From the IMG/VR virus record IMGVR_UViG_3300042471_000650, positions 14,321 to 78,320 of that record: a stretch of 64,000 bases of DNA; one strand, written 5' to 3'. Source of the DNA: a virus. The position numbers were made by a program, and so were the translations under genes. Position 1 is the stretch's first letter, and each line of letters opens with the position of its first letter. The notes below the pieces were generated by a model. That model made no database searches. It was not told where the DNA came from and saw only the letters and a program-made list of their open reading frames with translations. Of the stretch, positions 36,038 through 45,494 are shown one piece after another.

Positions 36038-37372
36038 TCATTCTAATTTATAATATGGAGCAGAATAAGTTGCTTGAGAGCTAGCATAAAGATAAAAATC
36101 TTGCACCACATTATCTCTGGTTTCACCAGATATTGAATTTATTATTTGAAATAACTTCATAACAAGATATTTCGAATACCTATACTTATTTGATTTTTTT
36201 TGTATGGCATCTGCAATATCTTCAATTTGTTGTGGTTTAATTATACCATTTTGTGCCATTAATTGAGATATATTCATACAATGCTCTATTGTATTTTTTG
36301 TAGCAAGAGAAGCTGATTCCGTAGAAGATGGAATTTCCGATAATCCATATCTTCTTAAAATAAAATTTATTGGACCTAAAGAAATTTTTCCTTGATTAGC
36401 AGATGCACCTTTAATTTCTCCCTGCCAACCTGTCAAAGATGTTTCGCCACCAAAACTTCTAAATTGAATTTTTTCATTATTAAGAGATCCCCATTGGATA
36501 TATCCATCCATAGAATCTACATTACTAGTTGTTCCATAAAATTTTGCCTTATTTACTTTCGTATCTGCTGGAAAATTTTTCTTTGATATTTTTCCACTAC
36601 CATACATTTTTTTAAGAGATACACCAATGACTTTATTATTTTGGATAAAGTCATACATTTTAGCATTTAATGATCTTAAAGATCTCTCTTGACTTAATTC
36701 CCCCAAATTAGCATTATTACTGATCAGGTAAATATCTGCTGGACTCCATTTATTTAAATTTCCAAATGCCTTTTCATCTTTATTAATTCTACTAAAAACT
36801 GACTCAATTAGTGAAACTTCACTAGAACCTCGGTGAAACGTAAAAGTTCCTTTACCCCTAAAGGTTCGGTATAAAGCATTTGCACCCAAAATAGATGAAT
36901 TTATCCAATCATCAGGAAGATCATTAATTATACTTTGGAGAGAAGAATCAATTAATGCTGTAGATGATGCCTTTACAAAATTATCTTTTGTAACATCTAT
37001 AATACTCATTTCCCTTTTCAAAACATTAAATACAACTGCCGCATATAATGCTTGTGCAGATTCGGATAATTTTGTAAGAGCAGCACCTGCCCCAGATCCC
37101 CCACCTCCAGATTTTTTATAAATTAACTTAATTATCGATGCAGATTTCGGTAAAACAATTTTAGTTACTGGAAATGATGATTCACTTTTATCAATTTCAT
37201 TTTTAAAATTAATTCTTCTTGCCTTCAATTGTTTAGATATATTATCCTGATCTTCTGCTCTTTGTGATGATATTATTCTAATCTTATCTACCTTTGGTCC
37301 AGTTTTAACAACTTTAGTTTCATATCCGGACAACACAGAATTTAAAGCCAATAATATCTCCGAATCCGTCAT
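36038..37372 (-). CDS. AT-rich hypothetical protein, possible PD-(D/E)XK nuclease
   Basis: E...KWSPADIY...GVSLKK pattern. Confidence 0.6.
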   Translation of the reverse strand: MTDSEILLALNSVLSGYETKVVKTGPKVDKIRIISSQRAEDQDNISKQLKARRINFKNEIDKSESSFPVTKIVLPKSASIIKLIYKKSGGGGSGAGAALTKLSESAQALYAAVVFNVLKREMSIIDVTKDNFVKASSTALIDSSLQSIINDLPDDWINSSILGANALYRTFRGKGTFTFHRGSSEVSLIESVFSRINKDEKAFGNLNKWSPADIYLISNNANLGELSQERSLRSLNAKMYDFIQNNKVIGVSLKKMYGSGKISKKNFPADTKVNKAKFYGTTSNVDSMDGYIQWGSLNNEKIQFRSFGGETSLTGWQGEIKGASANQGKISLGPINFILRRYGLSEIPSSTESASLATKNTIEHCMNISQLMAQNGIIKPQQIEDIADAIQKKSNKYRYSKYLVMKLFQIINSISGETRDNVVQDFYLYASSQATYSAPYYKLE

Positions 37373-37403
37373 AGATCTTTTTTATTTTATTTTTATTTAG
37401 AAG

Positions 37404-37476
37404 TGCCCGTGAGAAGATTCGAACTTCCACTGTATGGATTCTAAGTCCACCCTCTCTACCATTGGAGTACACGGGC
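37404..37476 (-). tRNA. tRNA-Leu(TAG) with short variable loop
   Basis: GCCCGTG/CACGGGC acceptor stem, GTGGA-CTTAGAA-TCCAT anticodon arm, 5-nt variable region. Confidence 0.88.
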
Positions 37477-37485
37477 AAAAATAGA

Positions 37486-37884
37486 TTAACGTATGGGCAT
37501 AAGATCAAATAGTTCTGGATGAAGTCTCCCATACTTCCTCATAATTTCACCTGCCTTAGCATTTGCTTCGTTTTCGGCAGGACTTCCTGGATGTGATGTA
37601 ATTTTTTTACCATCCACGATTTGCTTATAGTGTATAAACTCATGAGATACCGTTCTCAAAATGTCAATGGGATGACGATTGACAATACTAATATAAAGCA
37701 CGTTTTTTTTCATCATCCCAAATGCCATATGATCTTTAGCAAAATCAGAATCATCTATTAAAACATATGGAATGTCATATGTCAAATGAAGTTCTCTTTT
37801 AAGAAAGACTAAAAATCTTTTAAGAAGAGCGTCAAACTGCATTCTTGTAGTCGGTCTTCCTTTTCTTTTGCCGATCAAAGACAT
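37486..37884 (-). CDS. HExxH zincin-like hypothetical protein
   Basis: RTVSHEFIH...ENEANA. Confidence 0.65.
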   Translation of the reverse strand: MSLIGKRKGRPTTRMQFDALLKRFLVFLKRELHLTYDIPYVLIDDSDFAKDHMAFGMMKKNVLYISIVNRHPIDILRTVSHEFIHYKQIVDGKKITSHPGSPAENEANAKAGEIMRKYGRLHPELFDLMPIR

Positions 37885-37899
37885 TTTTTTAAATATTTA

Positions 37900-38085
37900 T
37901 TAGACACCAAGAACAGCACCAATGTTATCGTCAATATCTTTAATCACTCCACGAATATCAGTAATACGAGGAGGAACACTCAATTCATCATAAGTGTATC
38001 CCTTCTGAGCATCGAATAGGACCTGACGAATTGCAGCGGCGCACCTGGCATCCATTTTAAGTGTTACTTGTTTTTCTTTAGTCAT
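37900..38085 (-). CDS. Small conserved cyanophage protein
   Basis: 61 aa; coupled to mazG. Confidence 0.7.
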   Translation of the reverse strand: MTKEKQVTLKMDARCAAAIRQVLFDAQKGYTYDELSVPPRITDIRGVIKDIDDNIGAVLGV

Positions 38086-38495
38086 CGATCGTCAGCAGCA
38101 CGGTTTTCTGAAAAGTATGAGTCAAAAGCACCTTCAGGATAACGCTTCAAAAGTTTTTGAACATTACGAGCAACAACTTCGTCAAGAGTGACATCAAGTG
38201 CAATACACGCTTGAGCAACATACCACATAATATCCCCCAGTTCAATAATCAGATGCTCACGGTTGTCTTCACTATAAGGTTTGCCCTGAAAGATCATCTT
38301 CTTGACAATTTCCATAAACTCACCACCTTCCGCATTGATACCAACAGCACCAGTTAGAAGTCGCTCAATATTTGCACCCTTTTCGTCCAGAGCAACAAGA
38401 CGGTCAGAAAGTGCAAGAAAATCTTTAGATGCATCAGATGTGACTACATCCACAAATTCAGCATACTTGTCAAAATTAACGTGTTTGGTTTCCAT
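38082..38495 (-). CDS. mazG: MazG nucleotide pyrophosphohydrolase
   Basis: EGGEFMEIVKK...ELGDIMWY...KLLKRYP. Confidence 0.92.
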   Translation of the reverse strand: METKHVNFDKYAEFVDVVTSDASKDFLALSDRLVALDEKGANIERLLTGAVGINAEGGEFMEIVKKMIFQGKPYSEDNREHLIIELGDIMWYVAQACIALDVTLDEVVARNVQKLLKRYPEGAFDSYFSENRAADDR

Positions 38496-39874
38496 TAAAA
38501 TTTAAATCCCTCAAATGATTTTTTAGGTTTTTTGTCTTCGTAATCATTATACTCGTCTTCGTTTCCAGAGTCAAGTATATCTTTTTGTGCTGTTTGTTCG
38601 CAATCATAAAGACGCATTTTAGCACGGTCAATTCCTACAATAAAACGTTTGTAAATTGTAGGGTCATTGTATCGGTTCTTCAACTGCTTCACCATAATCT
38701 GTCCCAACTGCTCAAGCTCTTCTGTACTAATAAGGGCAAACATAAGATCAGCAGTAGCAGGCAGACCAAAGGACTCACTAGTATCAGTAAGTTCAACATC
38801 AGAAGAACCAAAACCTGAACGAGTGGTCTGAGTAGCGGAGACAATTGGGACATTAAACTCGACGGCGAGTCCACGCAATTCCTCAGCAATTGCTTTGATA
38901 TACGAATATGAATTGACAGAAAGGTTTGATTTATACCTACTGGAAGCACATATATTAAGGTAATCAATGAAAATAATATCAGGTCTAAATGACTTCTTAA
39001 GTGCAAGTTCGTTAAGAAGTGCTTTAAAATGTCCACTATGTGCAGATGCAGTTGGATATTCCTTAATTATAAGGGTTCCTTGAGTTTTCTTGGAAAGACT
39101 TGTGACCTTATTTTCAAACATCTGGCGAGGAAGGTCTACCAGTTGCTGAATTGGCACATTCAATAAGTTTGCGTCAATTCTTTCAGCAATGCGTTCTTCT
39201 GCCATTTCCATCGTAATGTACAAAACGTTCCGTCCTTGGAGCAAGACGGAGCTAGCCACATGGCACATGAATAGAGATTTCCCGACACCCGTACCAGCAA
39301 GAGCGATATTAAGAGTTTTGTTAGGGATCCCACCTTTGGTAATTTTGTTAAAGTATTCAAGATCAAATTCGATTTTGTCTTCTTTTCGGTGATAAAACTC
39401 ATATCGTTCCTCATAATTTTGTAAGTAGTCGTGTCCAATATTATTGTCAAAAGATACTGCTAATGCATCAGAAAGAATACTGGGAATAGCATCCCGATTC
39501 TTTTTTTCATTATTACCATCAGCAATATGAATTGACTCCATAAGTGCTAGATAAATTGCACGGTCACGACACCACTTTTCAGTAGTATCGAGTAACCATT
39601 GTTTTTCTACAAGAGCATCATTTAGAGATTTATTAATTTCTCTGACTTCTTTTATTTGCTCCTCTGTTAAATCTGTGCGATTTTCTATTTCAATGCTGAG
39701 TGCTTCAATGGTGATTGCCGAACCATACTTAACAATAAATTGGACAATCTCTTCAAAAATGACCTTTTCGGTCTTTTTCTCAAAATAATCTGGTTGTATG
39801 AAAGGAATAACTTTGCGTGAGTAGTCTTCATTAAATATTAGGTTTCTGAGAATTGTGGTCTCAATTCGTTCCAT
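38495..39874 (-). CDS. gp41: Replicative DNA helicase
   Basis: AGTGVGKS, EMAEERI, IDYLNI and SESFGLP motifs. Confidence 0.96.
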   Translation of the reverse strand: MERIETTILRNLIFNEDYSRKVIPFIQPDYFEKKTEKVIFEEIVQFIVKYGSAITIEALSIEIENRTDLTEEQIKEVREINKSLNDALVEKQWLLDTTEKWCRDRAIYLALMESIHIADGNNEKKNRDAIPSILSDALAVSFDNNIGHDYLQNYEERYEFYHRKEDKIEFDLEYFNKITKGGIPNKTLNIALAGTGVGKSLFMCHVASSVLLQGRNVLYITMEMAEERIAERIDANLLNVPIQQLVDLPRQMFENKVTSLSKKTQGTLIIKEYPTASAHSGHFKALLNELALKKSFRPDIIFIDYLNICASSRYKSNLSVNSYSYIKAIAEELRGLAVEFNVPIVSATQTTRSGFGSSDVELTDTSESFGLPATADLMFALISTEELEQLGQIMVKQLKNRYNDPTIYKRFIVGIDRAKMRLYDCEQTAQKDILDSGNEDEYNDYEDKKPKKSFEGFKF

Positions 39875-40874
39875 AAGAGAATTGCTGTTTCGCGGCAGCA
39901 TCAAGTTGCTGCATTACTTCTTCTGTAAAATATTGATCTGGGTTTTTCAGGATTTCCTTCCCATAAATTTTCTTACCATTAATCTCATAACGTCCCGCAA
40001 CATTCTTCCAGAGTCCAGCGAGTTCCCCGAGTTCCAGAAGACCATAATAACGGTCAAGACCACGCTCATCGTAAAATAGACGGACTTCAACTTCTTGATT
40101 CTCCTTACTCAAACGCGACTTAGCAGTCTTTGCTTTGATAATGTTTCCAACAACTTCTGTTCCATCCTTTTCTTTCTTTTTACCAAGATATATGATAGTA
40201 GAAGCGGCATACTTAAGACCACTACCACCACCCATCTCTTTAGTAGGAACATAAGAACCAATAACATCGTAGGTATGATTGGTTACAATCATTGGGATGT
40301 TTGCCTGACCCAGTTTAAGAGTGAGCATACGGAAAGCACCTTTCACAAGTTGCGATTTAGTCATATCACGAACTTGCTTATCATTCAGTGCGTCAGTAAT
40401 CTCTTTCTCGGTTGAGAGCATACCCAAAGAGTCTAACACAAACATACAAGGTTTGCGGTCTTCTACAGGTTTTTTTAAGTATATATCAACTGCCTTGAGT
40501 GCCTTACCACGAAACTCTTCTACAGTAACAACATTTACAACCACAAGACGATTAGTATCAATTCCACGCGATTCTAATAGAGATTTAGTAATGGCAGCTT
40601 CAGTATCAAAGTAGAGACAATAACCATCGGAGTTATTATCAAGAAAATTCTTAACCACAGCGAGAGAGAAGAAAGTTTTTCCAGTAGAAGACTCTCCAGC
40701 AATAGCAGTAATCTTATTCCCAGATACACCGCCAAATATGCTACCTGAAACCAGTGCATTAAAGATGTACGAACCCGTGTCAACATAAGTCTCAGTCTCA
40801 TCAATATCAGAAGCGAGTTTGGTATACTCACCTCCAACTTCTTTTACAATTTCTTTAAGAAAGTCCATGGTCAT
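39861..40874 (-). CDS. uvsX: RecA-like recombinase
   Basis: AGESSTGKT, DSLGML and GGGSGLKYAAS motifs. Confidence 0.95.
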   Translation of the reverse strand: MTMDFLKEIVKEVGGEYTKLASDIDETETYVDTGSYIFNALVSGSIFGGVSGNKITAIAGESSTGKTFFSLAVVKNFLDNNSDGYCLYFDTEAAITKSLLESRGIDTNRLVVVNVVTVEEFRGKALKAVDIYLKKPVEDRKPCMFVLDSLGMLSTEKEITDALNDKQVRDMTKSQLVKGAFRMLTLKLGQANIPMIVTNHTYDVIGSYVPTKEMGGGSGLKYAASTIIYLGKKKEKDGTEVVGNIIKAKTAKSRLSKENQEVEVRLFYDERGLDRYYGLLELGELAGLWKNVAGRYEINGKKIYGKEILKNPDQYFTEEVMQQLDAAAKQQFSYGTN

Positions 40875-40987
40875 TTGTTCCTGTTAAAATTAAAAGTCCA
40901 CAATTTATTGTACAACTGCTTTTCATCAGTTCTTTTAAGCAATTCTAAAATTTTTTTAAATTCACGTTCAGTAATCGGTAAATTCAT
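40871..40987 (-). CDS. 38-aa conserved peptide between gp43 and uvsX
   Basis: MNLPITEREFKKILELL...LYNKLW; coupled on both sides. Confidence 0.6.
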   Translation of the reverse strand: MNLPITEREFKKILELLKRTDEKQLYNKLWTFNFNRNK

Positions 40988-43488
40988 TAGATAAAAAATG
41001 AATCAAGACTTGTTGTTTTCTCTACTTTCCACCCAATTGAATCGAGAATAGATTTAAGGGGGTCAATAAAACTCTTTTCAAATTGTAAGTCATAGTCAAT
41101 GTATTTGTCAAGTCCAAGTTCTTTAGGAAAGTCTTGAATAAATGCTATTACATTTTCTTGAATAATATTTGGTTTCTTCAAAAAAATAAACTTGACTTTT
41201 TCTCCATTAGAAATAAGTGAATACTTATTAGTAAGTTTTTTCTCCCTAATATAATGATTGAAAAGAAGTGCTCCACGAATATGAATGGGAGTCTTTTGAG
41301 CATAGATTGTTGAAGATGAATGATACTTACGCACATCAGAAGCAGTTCGTGGAAAAGCAATCTGCTCTGGTGGAAGTTTCTTGAAATCTGAACGACACTT
41401 ATCAATAAACTCAATTACCTCTTCTTCAGTTCCGCTCATCATCAGTTTCAGACCATCCTTAATCATCTGACGACAAGGTGCAGGAGTGGAAGATTTAACT
41501 GCCTCAATACCCATCATCTTTAGTTTAGGTTCTTCATAACGAACACCTTCACTATCCCAGACATTGAGAATATAACGCTTCTTCGCAGTCCAGATTCCAC
41601 GGTCAGCAATATTCTCCCGCTTCATCTGCATCTTCTGGTCATAAGCATTCACATAGTCTGCCAGTTCTTGGTAGCAACTTTCAATATACTTTTCAAGTTC
41701 CACCTTAGCGACCTTATCAAGGAACGAAACAATGCTTTCAGTAGTTTTCTCTCTTCCCTTGAATATAGTTTCAACCAAAGGACCCATATTAAGATAAATG
41801 GAATCGGTATCAGAAGCAATGACATAATCAACATCCTGTGTCTTTAGAACTTTATTCAGATACTTATTAATCTTATCTTCAATCCAACGAATCGAAACCT
41901 GTCCAGAAAGAGTAATTGCTTCAGCATTTGCTAGTTTAAAATAACGGAAATACTGATTGCCGATAGCACCATAAGCAGAGTTAAGTTGAATCTTCCTTGC
42001 CATTTGGATGTTATTGCATCTTGCAATCTCTTTTTCAAGTTCCTTTGTCTTCTTCTTTTCATACTCCTGTTTAGCAGCAAGCATCTTCTTTTTATAGATG
42101 GTGCGGTCTTCATAAATCTTTTCCATCAATTCTGGAAGAAACCCACGCACATCTTTGCGATACATTGCACCGTTAGCACAAACTGCATAATCCTTATACA
42201 GTTCAAAATTAATTTGCTGATTAAGTATTTTATCTACAGTTACAGAAGGATGCCTCTCATCCAAAAGGGTTTCAGGACTAATGTTATATTGCATAATCAG
42301 GTGAGGATATAGACTATTAAGGTCAAAGTTCACTACCCAATCATACTTTCCAGGAATAGGTTCCTTAACATAAGCACCAGCATACTTAGAATCTTTATCT
42401 GATTTTTCTTTAGGGGGAATTACAATGTTTCTCTGTTTCAAATAATTGTAGATGATTGTATCCCACATTCGAACTTGAGAGAAAACATCAGAATAGTTTG
42501 CTTTAGCGTCATATGCCATCGTCAAAGCAAGTTCAATGAGTTTCATCTTGTCTTCCATACGGTCAACAAGTTCCACGTCAATGATGTTGTACTCTACAAA
42601 CTTTTGCCAACCTTTAGTATAGAAGTCTTTGAAAGTATCAAACTCAGAGTGATCCAGTTTTTTCTGTCCGAGTTCTACACTTGCAATATAGTCAAGACGA
42701 TAAGATTCCTGTGCCTTATAAGTAAACTTTTTATAAAGATTCAAATAATCAAGTTGACTAATACCACCAACATCGTATGAAATGTGTTTACGACCGGCAA
42801 CATAAATTTCACTCTCTGTTACGAGTCCCCACGGTGACATACGCTTCATTAGTTTTTCACCAAGAACACGATCCAAACGACGAACCAAATATGGAATATC
42901 ATACAGTTCAGTATTCCAACCAGTTACAACTTCTGGAGTATTCTCTTCTACCATCCACCAGTTAATAAAACCCATCAGCAGATCACGCTCATTATCAAAC
43001 GAATGATAAATCACATTCTTTTGTTGATTCTTAAACGGACCCATACCCCAAGTACGAATCTGTTTAGAAGAATAATCCTGAATAGTAATCAAAAGAACTT
43101 CTTCAGCAGCAGACTCCACATCAGGAAATCCATTCTCTGATGCAACCTCAATGTCCAAGGTAGTAACTTTTACTTTACTAATATCAAATTTCAGTTCTTC
43201 CTCCGGATACATTTCGGAGATATACTGATAAATGTATTGACTATTTCCATAGATCTTAAAGTTTTCTACACCTTCATACTTTTTAATAAACTCACGACAG
43301 TCACGGACAGAACCAGGTTGAACTGATTCAACATATTCCCCATTCAGAGTTTGGTATTTTGTTTTCTTTTTTGAGGGGACAAAAAGAGTCGGGTAAAACT
43401 TCTCACGGGTCATAAAATGTTTACCATTTTCATAACCACGGACCAAGAAGTGATCCCCGACCATCTGCACGTTTGTATAAAATCTCAT
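40987..43488 (-). CDS. gp43: DNA polymerase (family B)
   Basis: DIE exonuclease motif, FDLNSLYPH, KIQLNSAYG, SDTDS. Confidence 0.98.
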   Translation of the reverse strand: MRFYTNVQMVGDHFLVRGYENGKHFMTREKFYPTLFVPSKKKTKYQTLNGEYVESVQPGSVRDCREFIKKYEGVENFKIYGNSQYIYQYISEMYPEEELKFDISKVKVTTLDIEVASENGFPDVESAAEEVLLITIQDYSSKQIRTWGMGPFKNQQKNVIYHSFDNERDLLMGFINWWMVEENTPEVVTGWNTELYDIPYLVRRLDRVLGEKLMKRMSPWGLVTESEIYVAGRKHISYDVGGISQLDYLNLYKKFTYKAQESYRLDYIASVELGQKKLDHSEFDTFKDFYTKGWQKFVEYNIIDVELVDRMEDKMKLIELALTMAYDAKANYSDVFSQVRMWDTIIYNYLKQRNIVIPPKEKSDKDSKYAGAYVKEPIPGKYDWVVNFDLNSLYPHLIMQYNISPETLLDERHPSVTVDKILNQQINFELYKDYAVCANGAMYRKDVRGFLPELMEKIYEDRTIYKKKMLAAKQEYEKKKTKELEKEIARCNNIQMARKIQLNSAYGAIGNQYFRYFKLANAEAITLSGQVSIRWIEDKINKYLNKVLKTQDVDYVIASDTDSIYLNMGPLVETIFKGREKTTESIVSFLDKVAKVELEKYIESCYQELADYVNAYDQKMQMKRENIADRGIWTAKKRYILNVWDSEGVRYEEPKLKMMGIEAVKSSTPAPCRQMIKDGLKLMMSGTEEEVIEFIDKCRSDFKKLPPEQIAFPRTASDVRKYHSSSTIYAQKTPIHIRGALLFNHYIREKKLTNKYSLISNGEKVKFIFLKKPNIIQENVIAFIQDFPKELGLDKYIDYDLQFEKSFIDPLKSILDSIGWKVEKTTSLDSFFI

Positions 43489-43742
43489 CAGGCAGTTAAT
43501 TCAAGATACTTTTCAACAATTTCTTCTTTTGGATCAACAATAGTAAGAATACTATCAGAATGAATCATCATTTCTCTTTGGTCAGTTACATCTGGCCAAG
43601 GAGTAAGATTTCCTTCTACATCAATACGATATGGATTAATGAGTTTACAATCTGGTTCTCCTAATTCAGATCCAACCTCAATAATTTCAGTAACAATCAC
43701 ATTATCAACTTTTAACAAAAGACACTTAACTGTTTTTTCCAT
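43488..43742 (-). CDS. Conserved cyanophage Sm-like protein
   Basis: GEPDCKLINP motif. Confidence 0.75.
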   Translation of the reverse strand: MEKTVKCLLLKVDNVIVTEIIEVGSELGEPDCKLINPYRIDVEGNLTPWPDVTDQREMMIHSDSILTIVDPKEEIVEKYLELTA

Positions 43743-44034
43743 TTACTCTTTCCTCATAAAGTTCTTTAACTGAATTAAGCGGTTCAACAATAGTCACAAC
43801 CCAATCTAACGGAACTAAAATCTGATCATCCTGCGTAAGAAGTATCCAAGCAGACAAAGATACTTGAATTTTTGCATCATAATCTACATCTTCGGTTAAA
43901 AGAATAGACCTTTCTGTAAGGACCTTATAAGGTTTATTGAAAATGTATCCACAAGGTTTTTCTTCAGAAACAATTTCTTTAATATCAGAAATAACGGTTT
44001 CGCCAGATTTTAATAGTGCTAATTTAATTGACAT
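43726..44034 (-). CDS. Conserved cyanophage Sm-like protein
   Basis: MSIKLALLKSGE...DWVVTIVEP. Confidence 0.75.
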   Translation of the reverse strand: MSIKLALLKSGETVISDIKEIVSEEKPCGYIFNKPYKVLTERSILLTEDVDYDAKIQVSLSAWILLTQDDQILVPLDWVVTIVEPLNSVKELYEERVNGKNS

Positions 44035-44055
44035 TTTTATTTTCTCCCTCAACTC

Positions 44056-44107
44056 ATTATACCCAAAAAAATGGGAGGTGTCAACTGGATTGTGCCAGTT
44101 ACCTCCC
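44056..44107 (-). promoter_or_regulatory. hsp20 terminator overlapping a TTGACA-17-TATAAT promoter
   Basis: GGGAGGTAACTGG...CCAGTTGACACCTCCC-ATTTTTTT. Confidence 0.8.
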
Positions 44108-44128
44108 TGCGGCGACGATACTTAATAT

Positions 44129-44569
44129 TTAGATATAGTCTTTACGGGCGTGATGCTCTGGCACTACTTTTCCAAGTACGATTCGTAGAAGTCCGTCTTC
44201 AAATGTGACTTCTCGTACTTCTGTGTCGTCGGATAAAGTCCACGCTCGTTTAAAACTTCTGCTAGCCACTCCCTTGTGGATAAACGTCCTATCCGATTCG
44301 GAATCTGCTTTTTGCCCTTCGACAAAAAGTTTTCCATACTCTGTGAAAACATTGACCTCTCCTTTCTTGAATCCTGCTAATGCGAGTTCCAAATGAGATT
44401 CAACATTATTTATTTGGACTAGGTTATAAGGAGGGTAGTTGGTTGTAGTTTCGTGAAGATTAAATAAACGATCAAAATATTCATCCATCCCAATGCTATT
44501 GCGCGTAATTCTTTCCATCAAGGCAGGAAGATCCGCAGCAGTAAACCGTGATGTTGCAAGGTTAGTCAT
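44129..44569 (-). CDS. hsp20: Small heat shock protein
   Basis: NYPPYN, ALAGF and DGLL alpha-crystallin motifs. Confidence 0.95.
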   Translation of the reverse strand: MTNLATSRFTAADLPALMERITRNSIGMDEYFDRLFNLHETTTNYPPYNLVQINNVESHLELALAGFKKGEVNVFTEYGKLFVEGQKADSESDRTFIHKGVASRSFKRAWTLSDDTEVREVTFEDGLLRIVLGKVVPEHHARKDYI

Positions 44570-44676
44570 TATGGTAGCTCCTTAAAAAGCGAGTTTGTGT
44601 TTTGTGGACCCTTTCGGCATCCGTATATAATTATACTACTTCTTACAAAAAAGGCGGGTGTAAAACCCGCTCTTTT

Positions 44677-45117
44677 TCATTCGGCATCCTCTACCTTTTT
44701 CTTTTTAGCACCAATATTATATTTGGTTTCCAGAATCCAGTCTCCCTTATCCTTATAAGCAAGGACTTTAATTTGATTCAAAGGAGCAATGTCTTGAATC
44801 TTACTTACATCTACAATAGTAATTAGACCCCAATCTGCAAGAAGTTGGGCAATACGATTGCGACGTTGAACATCGTTTACGGTCAGGTTTGCGTGTTTGC
44901 CATCCAGAGCAAACAATTCCTTAAAGTGAACGAGATAATACCTACCTTGCTTGTGCAGAATATGGCAAGACTGATAGATTTTCTTTTCTTTTCTTGAAGC
45001 AACTCCGATACGGGTCAAAGTCTCACGAACCTTAAGAAAATCATCGGGTTCATTAAGAATCACTTCCACCATTTGGTCGGGCGTCCACTTCACTTCAGGT
45101 TCTTGAACGACACTCAT
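44677..45117 (-). CDS. regA: Translational repressor RegA
   Basis: FLKVRETLTRIG...QSCHILHKQGRYY..HFKEL. Confidence 0.96.
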   Translation of the reverse strand: MSVVQEPEVKWTPDQMVEVILNEPDDFLKVRETLTRIGVASRKEKKIYQSCHILHKQGRYYLVHFKELFALDGKHANLTVNDVQRRNRIAQLLADWGLITIVDVSKIQDIAPLNQIKVLAYKDKGDWILETKYNIGAKKKKVEDAE

Positions 45118-45494
45118 TTTGTTCCTCCAGTTTCAAATTTCGATTTAATAAATGTTAGTTGTTCTTTGGTAAGAATCCTCAAAGCTTGTTTTGCCTTTTC
45201 ATTACTATAACCATAATAACGTTTGACATACTCAAGGTCTTTGATTTTATCTTGTCGGAGCCAGGGAGAAAATCTCTTCTTTTTCCTCAGACTATTTATA
45301 AAAAAGTCATATTGCATCTTCTTTGGGAGGAAATGAAAGCGATTCATTTCATTCGCAAACATAATGCAGTCAATGTGCCCAGAAAAGCAGCGATTGATAA
45401 TATAAGGTGCATATTCCTTCTCAAGTGAAGGGTCTTCGTCAATCAGGTGTTGCTTCGTTTGATTGATCGAGTTTAACCAGTCCTTCAATTCCAT
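45114..45494 (-). CDS. gp62: Clamp loader small subunit
   Basis: Y.PYIINR...ANEMN...QYDF...RKKKRFSPW. Confidence 0.92.
   Translation of the reverse strand: MELKDWLNSINQTKQHLIDEDPSLEKEYAPYIINRCFSGHIDCIMFANEMNRFHFLPKKMQYDFFINSLRKKKRFSPWLRQDKIKDLEYVKRYYGYSNEKAKQALRILTKEQLTFIKSKFETGGTK

Noticed and set aside
37404-37476. Amber suppressor tRNA or stop-codon recoding
   Set aside because: The anticodon is 5'-TAG-3' (reads CTA, Leu), not CTA, and core genes are intact in the standard code.
26706-43488. Introns or inteins in nrdA, nrdB, gp41 or gp43
   Set aside because: All are uninterrupted and of normal length.
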